DNA of 64,000 nt from Desulfocapsa sp. (GTDB lineage: Bacteria; Desulfobacterota; Desulfobulbia; Desulfobulbales; Desulfocapsaceae): positions 48,970 through 112,969 of the forward strand of contig JANTGG010000002.1 of NCBI GenBank assembly GCA_024763035.1. Direction: 5' to 3'. The number at the start of each line of letters is the position of its first letter. Position 1 is the first letter of the stretch. The position numbers were made by a program, and so were the translations under genes. Under the pieces are notes generated by a model. It saw only the letters and a program-made list of their open reading frames with translations, made no database searches and was not told the origin of the DNA. Of the stretch, positions 38,733 through 48,595 are shown in pieces.

Positions 38733-40010
38733 CTAAAACCGTTTTTCAAAGTACGGCTGTAACACCTCTGGAATATTGACTGTTCCGTCTTCCTGCTGAT
38801 AGTTCTCCAGGATGGCAAGGAGTGTTCTTCCCACCGCCAGTCCGGAACCGTTCAGGGTGTGGAGGAGTCTGGACTTTTTTTCTCCTTTAGGGCGATAGCG
38901 GATACCTCCCCGGCGTGCTTGAAAGTCAAGAAAGTTGGAGCAGGATGAAATTTCCCGGTAGGTATCCTGTCCCGGCAGCCAGACCTCAATATCATAGGTC
39001 TTGGTGGACGAAAACCCCAGATCGCCGCTGCAGAGGGTTACCACCCGGTAATGCAGACCAAGGAGCTGCAGAACCTCTTCGGCATCGGCAAGCAGGCTTT
39101 CCAGTTCTTCGGAAGATGTCTCGGGAGTGGTGAATTTCACCAGCTCCACCTTGTCAAACTGATGCTGGCGAATAAGTCCTTTGGTATCACGACCGTAGGA
39201 GCCGGCCTCCGAGCGAAAGCAGGGGGTGTAGGCGGTGTATTTCACCGGCAGATCTTTCTCATCCAGAGTTTCGTCGCGGTAGATGTTTGTTACCGGCACT
39301 TCCGCAGTGGGAATAAGATAGAGATCCCAGTCTTTAATGGCAAAGAGATCTTCTGCAAACTTGGGCAGCTGACCGGTGGCAGTCATGGAGGCGGAGTTTA
39401 CCAGAAATGGCGGCAGTACTTCTTCATAACCGTGCTTCTGGGTGTGCAGATCGAGCATGAAATTGGTGAGTGCCCGTTCCATTTTTGAGGCAAATCCCTT
39501 TAACAGGGCAAAGCGGGCTCCCGAGAGTTTTGCCGCACATTCAAAGTCGAGTATATTCAGATCTTCGCCAACTTCCCAGTGTGGCTTGGGCTGGAAGGGG
39601 AAAACCGGTTTGTTTCCCCATTTCCTAAGCTCTACATTGTCGCAGTCGTCGTTTCCTTTGGGGACGTCATCACTGCAGAGATTGGGAATGGAAAGTACCA
39701 GATCCTGCAGACGACTCTGTATGGCACTGAGTTCCCTGTCCAGATCCTTGATCCGCTCGGATGCCTTGCGCATTTCGGGGATCAGTCCATCCGCTTCTTT
39801 TTTTTCTGCCTCACTGCCCTGTTTCAGTTTGGCAATCTCTTTGGAAGCTGTGTTACGACTGGCTTTTAGAGTCTCAACTTCCTGAAGCAGATTCAAACGT
39901 TTTTGATCCACCTCTGCAAATTCATCGACTTTATCTGTGGCAAGTCCTCTGTGGGCAGTTTTTTCACGAACAAGATCCAGATTCTCTCTGATAAAACGTA
40001 ATTCAAGCAT
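38733..40010 (-). CDS. serS: Seryl-tRNA synthetase
   Basis: [51 protein letters not shown]. Confidence 0.97.
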   Translation of the reverse strand: MLELRFIRENLDLVREKTAHRGLATDKVDEFAEVDQKRLNLLQEVETLKASRNTASKEIAKLKQGSEAEKKEADGLIPEMRKASERIKDLDRELSAIQSRLQDLVLSIPNLCSDDVPKGNDDCDNVELRKWGNKPVFPFQPKPHWEVGEDLNILDFECAAKLSGARFALLKGFASKMERALTNFMLDLHTQKHGYEEVLPPFLVNSASMTATGQLPKFAEDLFAIKDWDLYLIPTAEVPVTNIYRDETLDEKDLPVKYTAYTPCFRSEAGSYGRDTKGLIRQHQFDKVELVKFTTPETSSEELESLLADAEEVLQLLGLHYRVVTLCSGDLGFSSTKTYDIEVWLPGQDTYREISSCSNFLDFQARRGGIRYRPKGEKKSRLLHTLNGSGLAVGRTLLAILENYQQEDGTVNIPEVLQPYFEKRF

Positions 40011-40092
40011 GATAACCTATGGGCTGAAGGGTTGATTAAAGGTATTTGCTGATGTTTAGCATGGCTATTGACTGAAATCAACCTCTATCAAA

Positions 40093-40121
40093 TTGCTTTT
40101 CTAAAACCCATCTGCTATCTT
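40093..40121 (+). promoter_or_regulatory. Possible extended -10 sigma-70 promoter of tatC
   Basis: TTGCTT-N17-TATCTT with TG at the extended -10 position. Confidence 0.4.
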
Positions 40122-40211
40122 ACGCCACGCGATGTTCTGCAATGTGCAGCTCAAAAGACGTCAGCCTGTCAGCTGATACAATAAATACCTGGAGAATCCG
40201 GTTGCCTGCCG

Positions 40212-40907
40212 ATGGATAAATACACCACCCTGGTCATATTTCTCTCTGAACTGAGAAAGTCTGTACGTGCATTGGGAATCACCTTGATTTTTGCCACGGC
40301 GGTTGTCTTTTTTCTTTCTCCCCATCTGCTGCAGGTTGTTCAGGATCATCTGTCCGGTAAACTCTACTTTTTCTCTGTGGCAGGGCCGTTTCTGGCCCAT
40401 GTGAAACTTTCCCTCTTTGCTGCCGTGTATTGCCTGACACCCTGGGTGATGACGGTGCTGTGGCGTGCCATGGGAAAACCATTCGGGATGCAGGGAAGCC
40501 AGCTGTTTTTCTTTGTCCTGTTTACCTGTCTGTTATTTTATGCCGGAACACTGTTCTGTTACTTTATAACCCTTCCCTTTGGCATAAAATTTCTGCTCGG
40601 CTTTGGTTCACAGGATCTGCATCCGGTGATCTCCATCGGGCGTTTTGTAAACTTTGTAACGATCTTTATCCTGGCATTTGGAGTTATTTTTGAACTGCCT
40701 ATATTTATGGTTTTTGTGGCAAAGGTGGGTCTGTTCAGCCGCCGGTTTTTTGAAAAAAACAGACGGTATGCCGTGCTGGTTATTGCCATCCTGTCGGCAG
40801 TGCTGACCCCGACGCCGGATGTTGTGAACATGCTTCTGATGGGTGGACCGTTGTATCTCCTCTACGAGGCGGGGATCGTTATTTTGATGGTGATGCGTAT
40901 TCAGTAG
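40212..40907 (+). CDS. tatC: Twin-arginine translocase subunit TatC
   Basis: LSELRK, FGVIFELP, RRYAVLVIAILSAVLTPTPD, LYEAGI. Confidence 0.93.
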   Translation: MDKYTTLVIFLSELRKSVRALGITLIFATAVVFFLSPHLLQVVQDHLSGKLYFFSVAGPFLAHVKLSLFAAVYCLTPWVMTVLWRAMGKPFGMQGSQLFFFVLFTCLLFYAGTLFCYFITLPFGIKFLLGFGSQDLHPVISIGRFVNFVTIFILAFGVIFELPIFMVFVAKVGLFSRRFFEKNRRYAVLVIAILSAVLTPTPDVVNMLLMGGPLYLLYEAGIVILMVMRIQ

Positions 40908-40957
40908 CAGGTGTCCCGGGAGTTTGGGCGAAAGACCATTCCCGGACAGCCTCCTGG

Positions 40958-41383
40958 CTAGAACTCGTGGAGTTTGTATCCGTTTTCTGTAAGGAGTGCA
41001 GCGGTTACTCCGATGGTGCCGGATACGGCACAGGATGGACTTCGTGCCTTGAGGCAGATGCCGTCGATGGCTTGCAGCTGTGCCAGCTGCAGTACCTGTT
41101 TTGCACCGGATACGAATGCGGAGGTGATATCATCACCTTCTTGCGTGTGAACAAATGCCCTACCCTGCAGCACGTCGTATCCGTCACCGTGAAGGATCTC
41201 TGCGGCGGTTCGTGGGGTGGGCAGTCCTCCGAGCTGTTCCGGACAGAAGGGGATTATGGTGCAGTCCTGCAAAAAATGCAGACAGGCTTTGTCGGTTTTT
41301 ATTTTTCCGTCGTAACGGGTACACAATCCCAGCAGGCAGGCACTGGCAAGAAAAACAGGTTTTACAGATGGTGGCTCAGGCAT
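40958..41383 (-). CDS. DUF523 family protein (2-thiouracil desulfurase-like Fe-S family)
   Basis: SACLLG..TRYDG, CPEQLGGLPTPR, LKARSPSC, GVTAALL. Confidence 0.88.
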   Translation of the reverse strand: MPEPPSVKPVFLASACLLGLCTRYDGKIKTDKACLHFLQDCTIIPFCPEQLGGLPTPRTAAEILHGDGYDVLQGRAFVHTQEGDDITSAFVSGAKQVLQLAQLQAIDGICLKARSPSCAVSGTIGVTAALLTENGYKLHEF

Positions 41384-41444
41384 GGTAGATGATACAATGA
41401 GAGTGAATGGATTGCAGCGGCACATACTTTACCGGTAGAATAGC

Positions 41445-41771
41445 ATGAAACGCAGACCAAAAACAGTCCTTTCGCCAATGCAGCGCAGGCGTTTAGCAAA
41501 GATAATTTCGGCTATTGTGTTTTTTACCCTCTTGTGGATAATTTTTGCACCGGGGTATGGTCTCTATTTTCTCCACAAAAAGAAGAAATATCTTGCAGAA
41601 TTGCAGGCAGAACAGCAGATTCTGATTGAGAACAATAAAAAGCTTGCCGGGGACGTGGAACGTCTGCAGCATGATCAGGCATACCTGGAAAAAATTGCCC
41701 GGGAAGAGCACGGAATGCTAAAAGAGAACGAGATGGTCTTTGATTTTTCCGGGAAAAAGAAAGAGAAATAA
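41445..41771 (+). CDS. ftsB: Septum formation initiator FtsB/DivIC
   Basis: One TM segment, coiled coil, YLEKIAREEHGMLKENE. Confidence 0.85.
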   Translation: MKRRPKTVLSPMQRRRLAKIISAIVFFTLLWIIFAPGYGLYFLHKKKKYLAELQAEQQILIENNKKLAGDVERLQHDQAYLEKIAREEHGMLKENEMVFDFSGKKKEK

Positions 41772-41844
41772 GGGGGAACACAAGGTGTCTCCAGTGCCCC
41801 CCGGAGAGCTGTTTTGAGACCGCACGGGTCTCGTCTGCCTATGC

Positions 41845-42057
41845 TCAGGAAAATCCGGAGCGTGAAGAGCATCCGGATAGAGCTCCTGCCGGAATGGATG
41901 TTCCATGGGTCGGTTGGTGACTGGTGGTGGAGATCATTTTCTTAATATTGGTGCTGCCGCAGTATTTGCATGTCAGCCCTTCGACTGCCGAGGCGATGAG
42001 GACAAGACTCTCGAAGTCTTTTCCGCAACCCTCACAGTGGAATTCGTAAATAGGCAT
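41845..42057 (-). CDS. FmdB-family zinc-ribbon protein
   Basis: MPIYEFHCEGCG...CKYCGS. Confidence 0.88.
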   Translation of the reverse strand: MPIYEFHCEGCGKDFESLVLIASAVEGLTCKYCGSTNIKKMISTTSHQPTHGTSIPAGALSGCSSRSGFS

Positions 42058-42161
42058 GGGGGTACTCCTGTTGTGTAAAGTAGCGTGGTCTTTCCTGTTG
42101 TACCGTTCCGGAGGAATGGTAAAATTCTACGCTTGACCTCCCGAAGATACACTATTCTTCA

Positions 42162-42233
42162 TGATACCCTCTGAAGCTCAGGTAAATGCAAAGTGGAACT
42201 GAAAAAAAATTAACTGTGCTTTCACGGCAATCA
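42162..42233 (+). mobile_element. MITE-like family A, copy 2 (core replaced by an A tract)
   Basis: CTGAAGCTCAGGTAAATGCAAAGTGGAACTG left arm joined to TTAACTGTGCTTT..GGCAATCA right arm. Confidence 0.7.
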
Positions 42234-42333
42234 CGTTACTGTTAGTATTTTGTCTGCAGGTGAATTTGTCAAGCAGCTTTTCTTTTTTTCAGGTATCACA
42301 CTGTGAAAAAAGACCCACGAAAGAGAAGAATAA

Positions 42334-43176
42334 ATGAAAAAGGAAGTTCTGCAGTTTTTACATGATGTCCGCTCTGTCCTGCAGTATCAGCAGGTCAGTT
42401 CTCTTGCGGAGTATCCTGATAGCAGAGAGCTCTCGTCTTTTCTGGCAATCCCCGAAAAAAAAGAAGCGGCTGCCCTGCAAAGGGAGGTTCTCCCGCAGAG
42501 TAGTAGTAACTCTGCGACTGGGCGTGAAAGAAAACATGCCGTAAAACCGGCGGTAAAAGTTTCTCCAAAAGTGAATCCCGGGAGCAAAACTGACCTGGCG
42601 ATTCTTACGGAAATAGCAGGGGAAGTCCGGCATTGCAAAGGCTGTGAGCTTGCCGCCCGGAGAAAATGCAGTGTCTGTGGAACAGGTGTTACAAAAGCTG
42701 TACGTCTTATGCTGATCGGACATTGGCTGACAGAACCGGAAGAAGGTCTCTCTGCCGAAAGCAGATCCGTTTTTGGTGCTCAGGAGGATGCGATGCTTGC
42801 AAAAATGCTGACCGCCATTCACCTTGATCCGGAAGAAGTGCTGGTGACCAACGTAATTAAATGCAGTGTCAGTCGGAACATACAGCCGCAGGCGGCACAT
42901 ATGGATGCCTGTTCCTCCTATCTGCAGCGTCAGATTAAGGCGGCGGCACCGGAAATGATCTGCACCATGGGCATGGTGGCGACCAGAACACTCCTCCAGC
43001 GTTCCCAACCCCTGTCCCGGTTACGTGGCAGATTCTACACCTACACCGATCTTGACGGAAAAGAGATCCCACTCCTGCCCACATTTCATCCCGGCTACCT
43101 GCTCCAGAATCCGGAAATGAAAAAGGCCACCTGGGCAGACCTGCAAGCCCTGGAAAAACGGATCGGCTGCAGATAA
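42334..43176 (+). CDS. Uracil-DNA glycosylase family 4-like protein with altered motif A
   Basis: CxxC plus TNVIKC plus C (Fe-S ligands), HPGYLL; GE(A/G)PG replaced by GHWLT. Confidence 0.82.
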   Translation: MKKEVLQFLHDVRSVLQYQQVSSLAEYPDSRELSSFLAIPEKKEAAALQREVLPQSSSNSATGRERKHAVKPAVKVSPKVNPGSKTDLAILTEIAGEVRHCKGCELAARRKCSVCGTGVTKAVRLMLIGHWLTEPEEGLSAESRSVFGAQEDAMLAKMLTAIHLDPEEVLVTNVIKCSVSRNIQPQAAHMDACSSYLQRQIKAAAPEMICTMGMVATRTLLQRSQPLSRLRGRFYTYTDLDGKEIPLLPTFHPGYLLQNPEMKKATWADLQALEKRIGCR

Positions 43177-43320
43177 AATACCTTTTTTCCTCCAAACACT
43201 GATGAACAACAGGTGAGTCCGGCATAAGTGTACTCACCGGCAAAATCGTAAGGGATGTTTCAGAGTCTTCCCGGATTCAGCAACACGTTATAAACATTTA
43301 CAGGAACGGTCTTCCTGTGC

Positions 43321-43701
43321 TTAATGCAGGGCGATAAGTTCTCTTTGCCCCAGACTTTTCAGAAATGCAGTGACGGCATGTTCCGCCTCCTGCACGGTAA
43401 TATTGTGGCTTTTGGAGAAATTGTAGATGATCTCCTTAACACTTCTTTTTCCGTCAATCTGCTGCCAGACATGGCTCCCGAGTTTGTCGAGCTGCAGTTT
43501 TCTGGTGGGTGAGCCTCCCCTGTTTTTCCCAAATCGTTTGTACAACGCCAAAAAGAATGGGCTCAGCGGCAGTGGGTAGGTGAAGAGGATGCTGCCGTCA
43601 TCCAGCTCCTCCCAGTGAATGGTGTCGTTTCGTTTGGGGACGCATTGCAGTGCCTGGGAGCGGCTGGGGACGGAGTCGGATTTAGAGGGGAATAATGTCA
43701 T
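43321..43701 (-). CDS. PqqD-family (RRE-like) protein
   Basis: LDKLGSHVWQQIDGKRSVKEII...AEHAVTAFLKSLGQRELI winged-helix pattern with an N-terminal beta extension. Confidence 0.8.
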   Translation of the reverse strand: MTLFPSKSDSVPSRSQALQCVPKRNDTIHWEELDDGSILFTYPLPLSPFFLALYKRFGKNRGGSPTRKLQLDKLGSHVWQQIDGKRSVKEIIYNFSKSHNITVQEAEHAVTAFLKSLGQRELIALH

Positions 43702-44548
43702 AGCTGGCAAGAATAGCATGAATTGTTTTTTCGGGAAGCGGTTTTTTATCCTCGAAGAACAGACCGCTCAGGCGGTCTTCCCGCCGGTGGTGGCGGAGGG
43801 TCATCCAGTGAAAAGGCATTTTGCGTTTGAGCCTGATAAGGATCTGCTGGGAAATCGTCGGCTGAGACTGATAGCATACCGAATCGTCTTCATGGATAAC
43901 AGCTGCTGTGTCCACCGGGATATCACCGAGGGTGAGCATAATTTCTGCAAGTGATGCCGTTTGCAGCCGCTCTGCTGCGGGTGCCAGACGACAGACGTAG
44001 AGAGTGGTTCCAGCCCGGGAAAAGCTCAAGCGACTGAGACCTGCGGCAAAGCTGTAGTTGTCGAGAATAAAGTCTGCCGGGATTTGCAGCTGAAAGTCCT
44101 GAATGGCCCAGAGGGTGCAGTCATTTTCCTTCCCCGGATGACATTGCAGGGAACGCAGAAGGTTGTGAGAATCTTTCAAAGATCCGGCAGAGTCTTCAAA
44201 AAAGACGAGGATGCTGGTGTGACATTTCCTGCAGGTAAGGAGTGCTGCCTTTATGATGCTGTGTTTTTTTTCTGTGAGCAGTGAAACACTGTATGATGCT
44301 GTCAGTGCCTTCCAGGAAGAGGGGAGAGTGGTTTGCAGGCTAAGGTCTGATTCCTGCTGCAGGTTGCGCAGGACAGCGGCGTGCCTGTCTTTTGTGTTTG
44401 TATGCCAGCGCAGCTCGAAGACGGGCTGGAAATCCTGTTCAAAGACAAGGTGCCTGTTGCCGGAGACAAAGGTCTCCCAGTTCACAGGGCAGGAAAAGCT
44501 AATCCCGTTCCAGCCCACAGTTCTGCAGGTGGTGGTGCCATCATCCAC
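43682..44548 (-). CDS. Hypothetical protein coupled to the PqqD gene
   Basis: 288-aa ORF 5 bp after the upstream gene and overlapping pqqD by 20 nt; two similar W...F..P..W/F segments. Confidence 0.7.
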   Translation of the reverse strand: MDDGTTTCRTVGWNGISFSCPVNWETFVSGNRHLVFEQDFQPVFELRWHTNTKDRHAAVLRNLQQESDLSLQTTLPSSWKALTASYSVSLLTEKKHSIIKAALLTCRKCHTSILVFFEDSAGSLKDSHNLLRSLQCHPGKENDCTLWAIQDFQLQIPADFILDNYSFAAGLSRLSFSRAGTTLYVCRLAPAAERLQTASLAEIMLTLGDIPVDTAAVIHEDDSVCYQSQPTISQQILIRLKRKMPFHWMTLRHHRREDRLSGLFFEDKKPLPEKTIHAILASYDIIPL

Positions 44549-44553
44549 AACAG

Positions 44554-45138
44554 TTATCTGGGAATAAGAAAATCCCAGTTGTCCTTTTTGACCGGTTTAT
44601 TTTTTGGTCTGCGGGAGCTGCACTGTTCAGTAAAACATTTTTGCTCTGCGACAATACGGTCAGGATAATAGAGTTTGACCATGTTTCCGATATTTTCATT
44701 TGGATTTTTGCTGTTGTGCTGCAGAACCAGACTGACCCGGTTGTTGTTTTTGTCCACGAAGTTCCATTTCCAGATATGGAGGATACCGAAAGAGTCTCCT
44801 TTCCATTCAGTTGGTTTGCCATACTTCTTTTTGAACTTTTTGAGTAGTATTTGAAAATAGTCTTTGTCGGATTTATAATATTTTAATTTGATTTTGATGA
44901 TTTCCCCCGGGAATTTACAGATTCCATAAGAAATGATTCCCTTGTGAAAACCGTTCCAGTCGTAGACGACAACCTCCTTCATGTAATTTGAGTATTCAAT
45001 GTTCGGATAATCCGTGACATCACTGCCAAGAGCAATGCCGCCGACCTCGCTGGGAATTTTCGTTGCGGCATGTCCACTGGTGGAGAAAAAGAGACAAAGG
45101 ACGAAGAAGGTGATCCCTGAAAGAATAGATGATTTCAC
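44554..45138 (-). CDS. Secreted hypothetical protein
   Basis: Signal peptide (MKSSILSGITFFVLCLFFSTSGHA); heads the three-gene unit ending in pqqD. Confidence 0.72.
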   Translation of the reverse strand: MKSSILSGITFFVLCLFFSTSGHAATKIPSEVGGIALGSDVTDYPNIEYSNYMKEVVVYDWNGFHKGIISYGICKFPGEIIKIKLKYYKSDKDYFQILLKKFKKKYGKPTEWKGDSFGILHIWKWNFVDKNNNRVSLVLQHNSKNPNENIGNMVKLYYPDRIVAEQKCFTEQCSSRRPKNKPVKKDNWDFLIPR

Positions 45139-45350
45139 TGGAGTACTCCTGTAATAAGTGAAAGAAAATATATACTATCCATGTATCATGGAATAAAGTT
45201 TCCTTCCAGTGGAAATACATCTTGCAATAGTGTTATAATCCAGCGACAATCTTCTCAGTCCTTTCTCTGTATCTGCCAACCCGTTCTTCTGACGAACATT
45301 CAGCCGCTGAGAAGAAGAGTCTCAGGAGCTGATAATACCTTTTTTTTCTG

Positions 45351-47909
45351 ATGAATAAAAAACAAACAGAAACCAGTGTCCGTGTCACCGAACGTTCCCT
45401 TTTTTACTGGATCCTCCGGCGGCATCGGGGGATGCAGCTGATACTGCTGGTGGTCATTGTTGTCAGTCTGTTTTTTAAGGTGTTTCCCCTGGAGATGCAG
45501 AAACGCATTATCAACCGGGCCATTTATCTGCAGGATATCGACCTGCTCTTCCTGTATTGCGGACTGTATATCGGAGCCGTGACCATTGCCGGGCTATTGA
45601 AGTATGCCATAAATGTGCTGCAGGTTTCCATCGGTCAGAAAATCCTGGTCGAGATGCGTAATGAACTGTACAACCACGTCCTGCAGCTTCCCCTGCAGTT
45701 TTACCGGAAGATGCAGGCAGGGACGGTTATCTCGGCAATGACTGCCGAGCTGAATACCATCGGTTTTTTTCTCGGGGGTGCCATTGCTATTCCTGTGACT
45801 TCCATCCTCACTTTCCTCGTTTTTCTGATTTTTATGATTAATCTCAATCCCTGGCTGGCCCTTCTCAGCACGGGGATTTATCCGGTGGAACTGTTTGTTA
45901 TTCCCTGGCTGCAGAAAAAATATAACAATCTTAATAAAAAACGGGTGCAGACCACTCGGAAAATGTCCAACGTGGTAAATGAGGCGATTACCGGTATTCA
46001 TGAGATTCACGGGAATGCAAGTTATGGACTGGAAGAAAGGAAACTCTCCTCCTTTGTGGATAAGTTGTATGCGTTGATGCGGAGACTGTTTCTGGTGAAA
46101 TACGGGATTAAGTTCGCCAATAATCTCTTCCAGTCTTTCGGGCCGTTTTTTCTCTTTCTGGTGGGCGGGTATATGGCAATTCATGGTCAGTTCACCATCG
46201 GTGCACTTGTTGCCTTTCTTTCCGCCTATGAGAAAATATATGATCCGTGGAAGGAGATGATTGAGTACTACCAGAGCTATCAGGATGCTCAGATTCGATA
46301 TGCACAGATCATGTCTATTTTTGACCTTGATCCCCCCCATCTTCTGCTGCCCGACAATCGTGAGCTGCTCACCCTGCAGGGCAATCTGCAGCTCAATAAT
46401 GTCAGCTTTTCCGTGCCCGGCGGAGTGACTTTGCTGGAAGATATCAACCTTACGGTAAAGGCCAATGAACAGATTGCCCTGGTGGGATATTCGGGGTCCG
46501 GAAAATCCACTCTGGCACTGCTTATAGCTCAGCTCTACGATGCCAGTAAGGGAACTATCAGTATTGACGGCCACGATATCGAGGCAATGAGCAAGGCGGA
46601 TATCGGGAAGAATGTGGCAATGATTGCCCAGCAGCCGTTTATCTTCTCCGGAACGATTTCCGAGAATCTTCTTTACGGGATTAAATCCATCGCCGGGCGG
46701 GTCGAGAGCGTTGAGCGTGCAGAGATTATGGAGGTGGTTCGACAGGTCGGGCTGCAAAATGATATCCTCCGTTTCGGGCTGCAGTCTGTTATTACACCTG
46801 AGAAATGCCGTGCTTTTAAACAAAAATTTCTGCGTATGCGGCAGATAGTCTGTACCACATTGCGGAGTGAGTTTGAAAATGTGATCGAATTTTATGACGC
46901 ACAAAAATATCTGTACTATTCAAATATCAGGGATAATATCGTTTTTGGTGATTCTCTCACCGGTGAGTTTACAATCGAGCACCTTCCTGAGAATAAACCC
47001 TTTCTCAAGCTGCTCCGTGATCTAAGTCTTGAAAAACCTCTGATGACTCTTGGTTATGCCATAGCCACACAGACAGTGGCACTGCTCGCAGATTTTTATG
47101 ACGATGAGTTTTTCTTCCGTCATAATCCCATGGAGATGGTTGAGTACAGAACGTATCAGCAGTTGCTGGAGCGGATGAAGGGACCAGTTCCTGAGGACAG
47201 CGAGGCACGCCGCCTGTTACTGACCCTTGCACTCCGTTTTATTCCAAAAAAACACACCATTGTTTCCTTTCCGTCAGCTCTTGCAGAAAAGATCCTGCTG
47301 GCACGACGCGGCTTTCAGAAACAAATTGTCTTTATCGAGCCGTGTCAGGATCATGGGGAGTTTGCTCTCAAACCCGTCAGTCCGCAGACCGACGAGGAGC
47401 CCACATTTATTCCCTTCTGCCCCAGTGAATATCTATACTCCCGCACTCTTAGGGATAATATCCTCTTTGGTGCAGTAAAGTCAGAGGATATTCTCAATGA
47501 TCATTTCCGTGAACTGGCAGCCAGTGCCTTTGAGGATGAACAGCTGCTGGAAGAAATCATGGAAATTGGTCTGGAGTTTGATGTGGGCAGCAGGGGGGAC
47601 AGGTTGTCCGGCGGGCAGAAACAGAAGCTCGCCATTGCCCGGGCATTCTTAAAAGATGCTCCGATTATTATTCTTGACGAGGCAACTGCGAGTCTTGATA
47701 ATAGCTCGCAGGCACGCATTCAGGGCTTGCTGGAAAGCAAATATAAGGGAAAGAAGACAGTGATTGCTGTCATTCATCGTCTCGATCTGACTCCGGCATA
47801 CGACAGGATCTTTATGATGAAGTCGGGCAGGATTGTTGAACAGGGAAGCTATGACGAGTTAATGGCAAAGAAAGGAGACTTCTATGCACTTGCCAGAACA
47901 GAATCCTGA
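45351..47909 (+). CDS. ABC exporter (TMD plus NBD) with a large insertion inside the NBD
   Basis: Six-TM domain, GYSGSGKS, LSGGQKQKLAIARA, ILDEAT, IHRL; about 300 residues between the Q-loop and the signature motif. Confidence 0.9.
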   Translation: MNKKQTETSVRVTERSLFYWILRRHRGMQLILLVVIVVSLFFKVFPLEMQKRIINRAIYLQDIDLLFLYCGLYIGAVTIAGLLKYAINVLQVSIGQKILVEMRNELYNHVLQLPLQFYRKMQAGTVISAMTAELNTIGFFLGGAIAIPVTSILTFLVFLIFMINLNPWLALLSTGIYPVELFVIPWLQKKYNNLNKKRVQTTRKMSNVVNEAITGIHEIHGNASYGLEERKLSSFVDKLYALMRRLFLVKYGIKFANNLFQSFGPFFLFLVGGYMAIHGQFTIGALVAFLSAYEKIYDPWKEMIEYYQSYQDAQIRYAQIMSIFDLDPPHLLLPDNRELLTLQGNLQLNNVSFSVPGGVTLLEDINLTVKANEQIALVGYSGSGKSTLALLIAQLYDASKGTISIDGHDIEAMSKADIGKNVAMIAQQPFIFSGTISENLLYGIKSIAGRVESVERAEIMEVVRQVGLQNDILRFGLQSVITPEKCRAFKQKFLRMRQIVCTTLRSEFENVIEFYDAQKYLYYSNIRDNIVFGDSLTGEFTIEHLPENKPFLKLLRDLSLEKPLMTLGYAIATQTVALLADFYDDEFFFRHNPMEMVEYRTYQQLLERMKGPVPEDSEARRLLLTLALRFIPKKHTIVSFPSALAEKILLARRGFQKQIVFIEPCQDHGEFALKPVSPQTDEEPTFIPFCPSEYLYSRTLRDNILFGAVKSEDILNDHFRELAASAFEDEQLLEEIMEIGLEFDVGSRGDRLSGGQKQKLAIARAFLKDAPIIILDEATASLDNSSQARIQGLLESKYKGKKTVIAVIHRLDLTPAYDRIFMMKSGRIVEQGSYDELMAKKGDFYALARTES

Positions 47910-47910
47910 A

Positions 47911-48417
47911 ATGGAAGGGATTTCACATCTCACGGATACCCAGGAATTTATTGAGAAACTTGCGGTATTTGCAGGGGCTCCAGAGGGTGTTTCCAGGATG
48001 TTTGCCTATCTTGCCAGGAGAGAAAAATATAGCAAAGGACAGGTGATCCTCGAGCAGGGGAAAGAGTGTGACCGTTGTTTTCTCATTATCTCGGGACAGG
48101 TTGATATCTTTCAGATGCATCATGATCGACGGTTTCATGTGCAGCTGTTAAGCGATGATTCAATCAATTATTTCGGAGAGCTGGCACTGCTTGCTGAGTT
48201 TAACTGGTTTTTCTCGGCAAGGGCGTGGACAGATGTGGTGCTGCTCTCCATCAGCCGGGAGGCATTCAGCAAGGTGCTGGAGCGGTATCCGGAATCGTAT
48301 CAGAAGATGGTGCAGAAAATTATTACCCTTCGTATCCAACGTTTTTCTGCTCAGACCAGCTATCAGCTCGATCATCTTGCCCCGGATGCCTGGCGGGAGG
48401 ATCCGCCGGAGGAATAA
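47911..48417 (+). CDS. Stand-alone cyclic-nucleotide-binding domain protein
   Basis: ILEQGKECDRCFLIISGQV, YFGELALL; starts 1 bp after the ABC stop. Confidence 0.85.
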   Translation: MEGISHLTDTQEFIEKLAVFAGAPEGVSRMFAYLARREKYSKGQVILEQGKECDRCFLIISGQVDIFQMHHDRRFHVQLLSDDSINYFGELALLAEFNWFFSARAWTDVVLLSISREAFSKVLERYPESYQKMVQKIITLRIQRFSAQTSYQLDHLAPDAWREDPPEE

Positions 48418-48460
48418 AAAAAACAGGCAAGCGAAGACTCCGGGAAAATTATCTGTAAGG

Positions 48461-48592
48461 TACTGAGCTATGTTTACTGCAGGAGCTCGCCCCTGCAGGC
48501 GATCCAGGGTGTTGCCAGACCTGGGAAATCGCTCGCCGGGGGGGGACTCCTGCGGTTCTACCTTGCGTGTATCTGTATTTCAGTGCTCAGTA
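48461..48592 (-). mobile_element. MITE-like family A, copy 3 (inverted, diverged, full REP-like core)
   Basis: Core 48478-48552 matches the reverse complement of 36919-36992; has its own terminal inverted repeat TACTGAGC/GCTCAGTA. Confidence 0.7.
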
Positions 48593-48595
48593 GTA

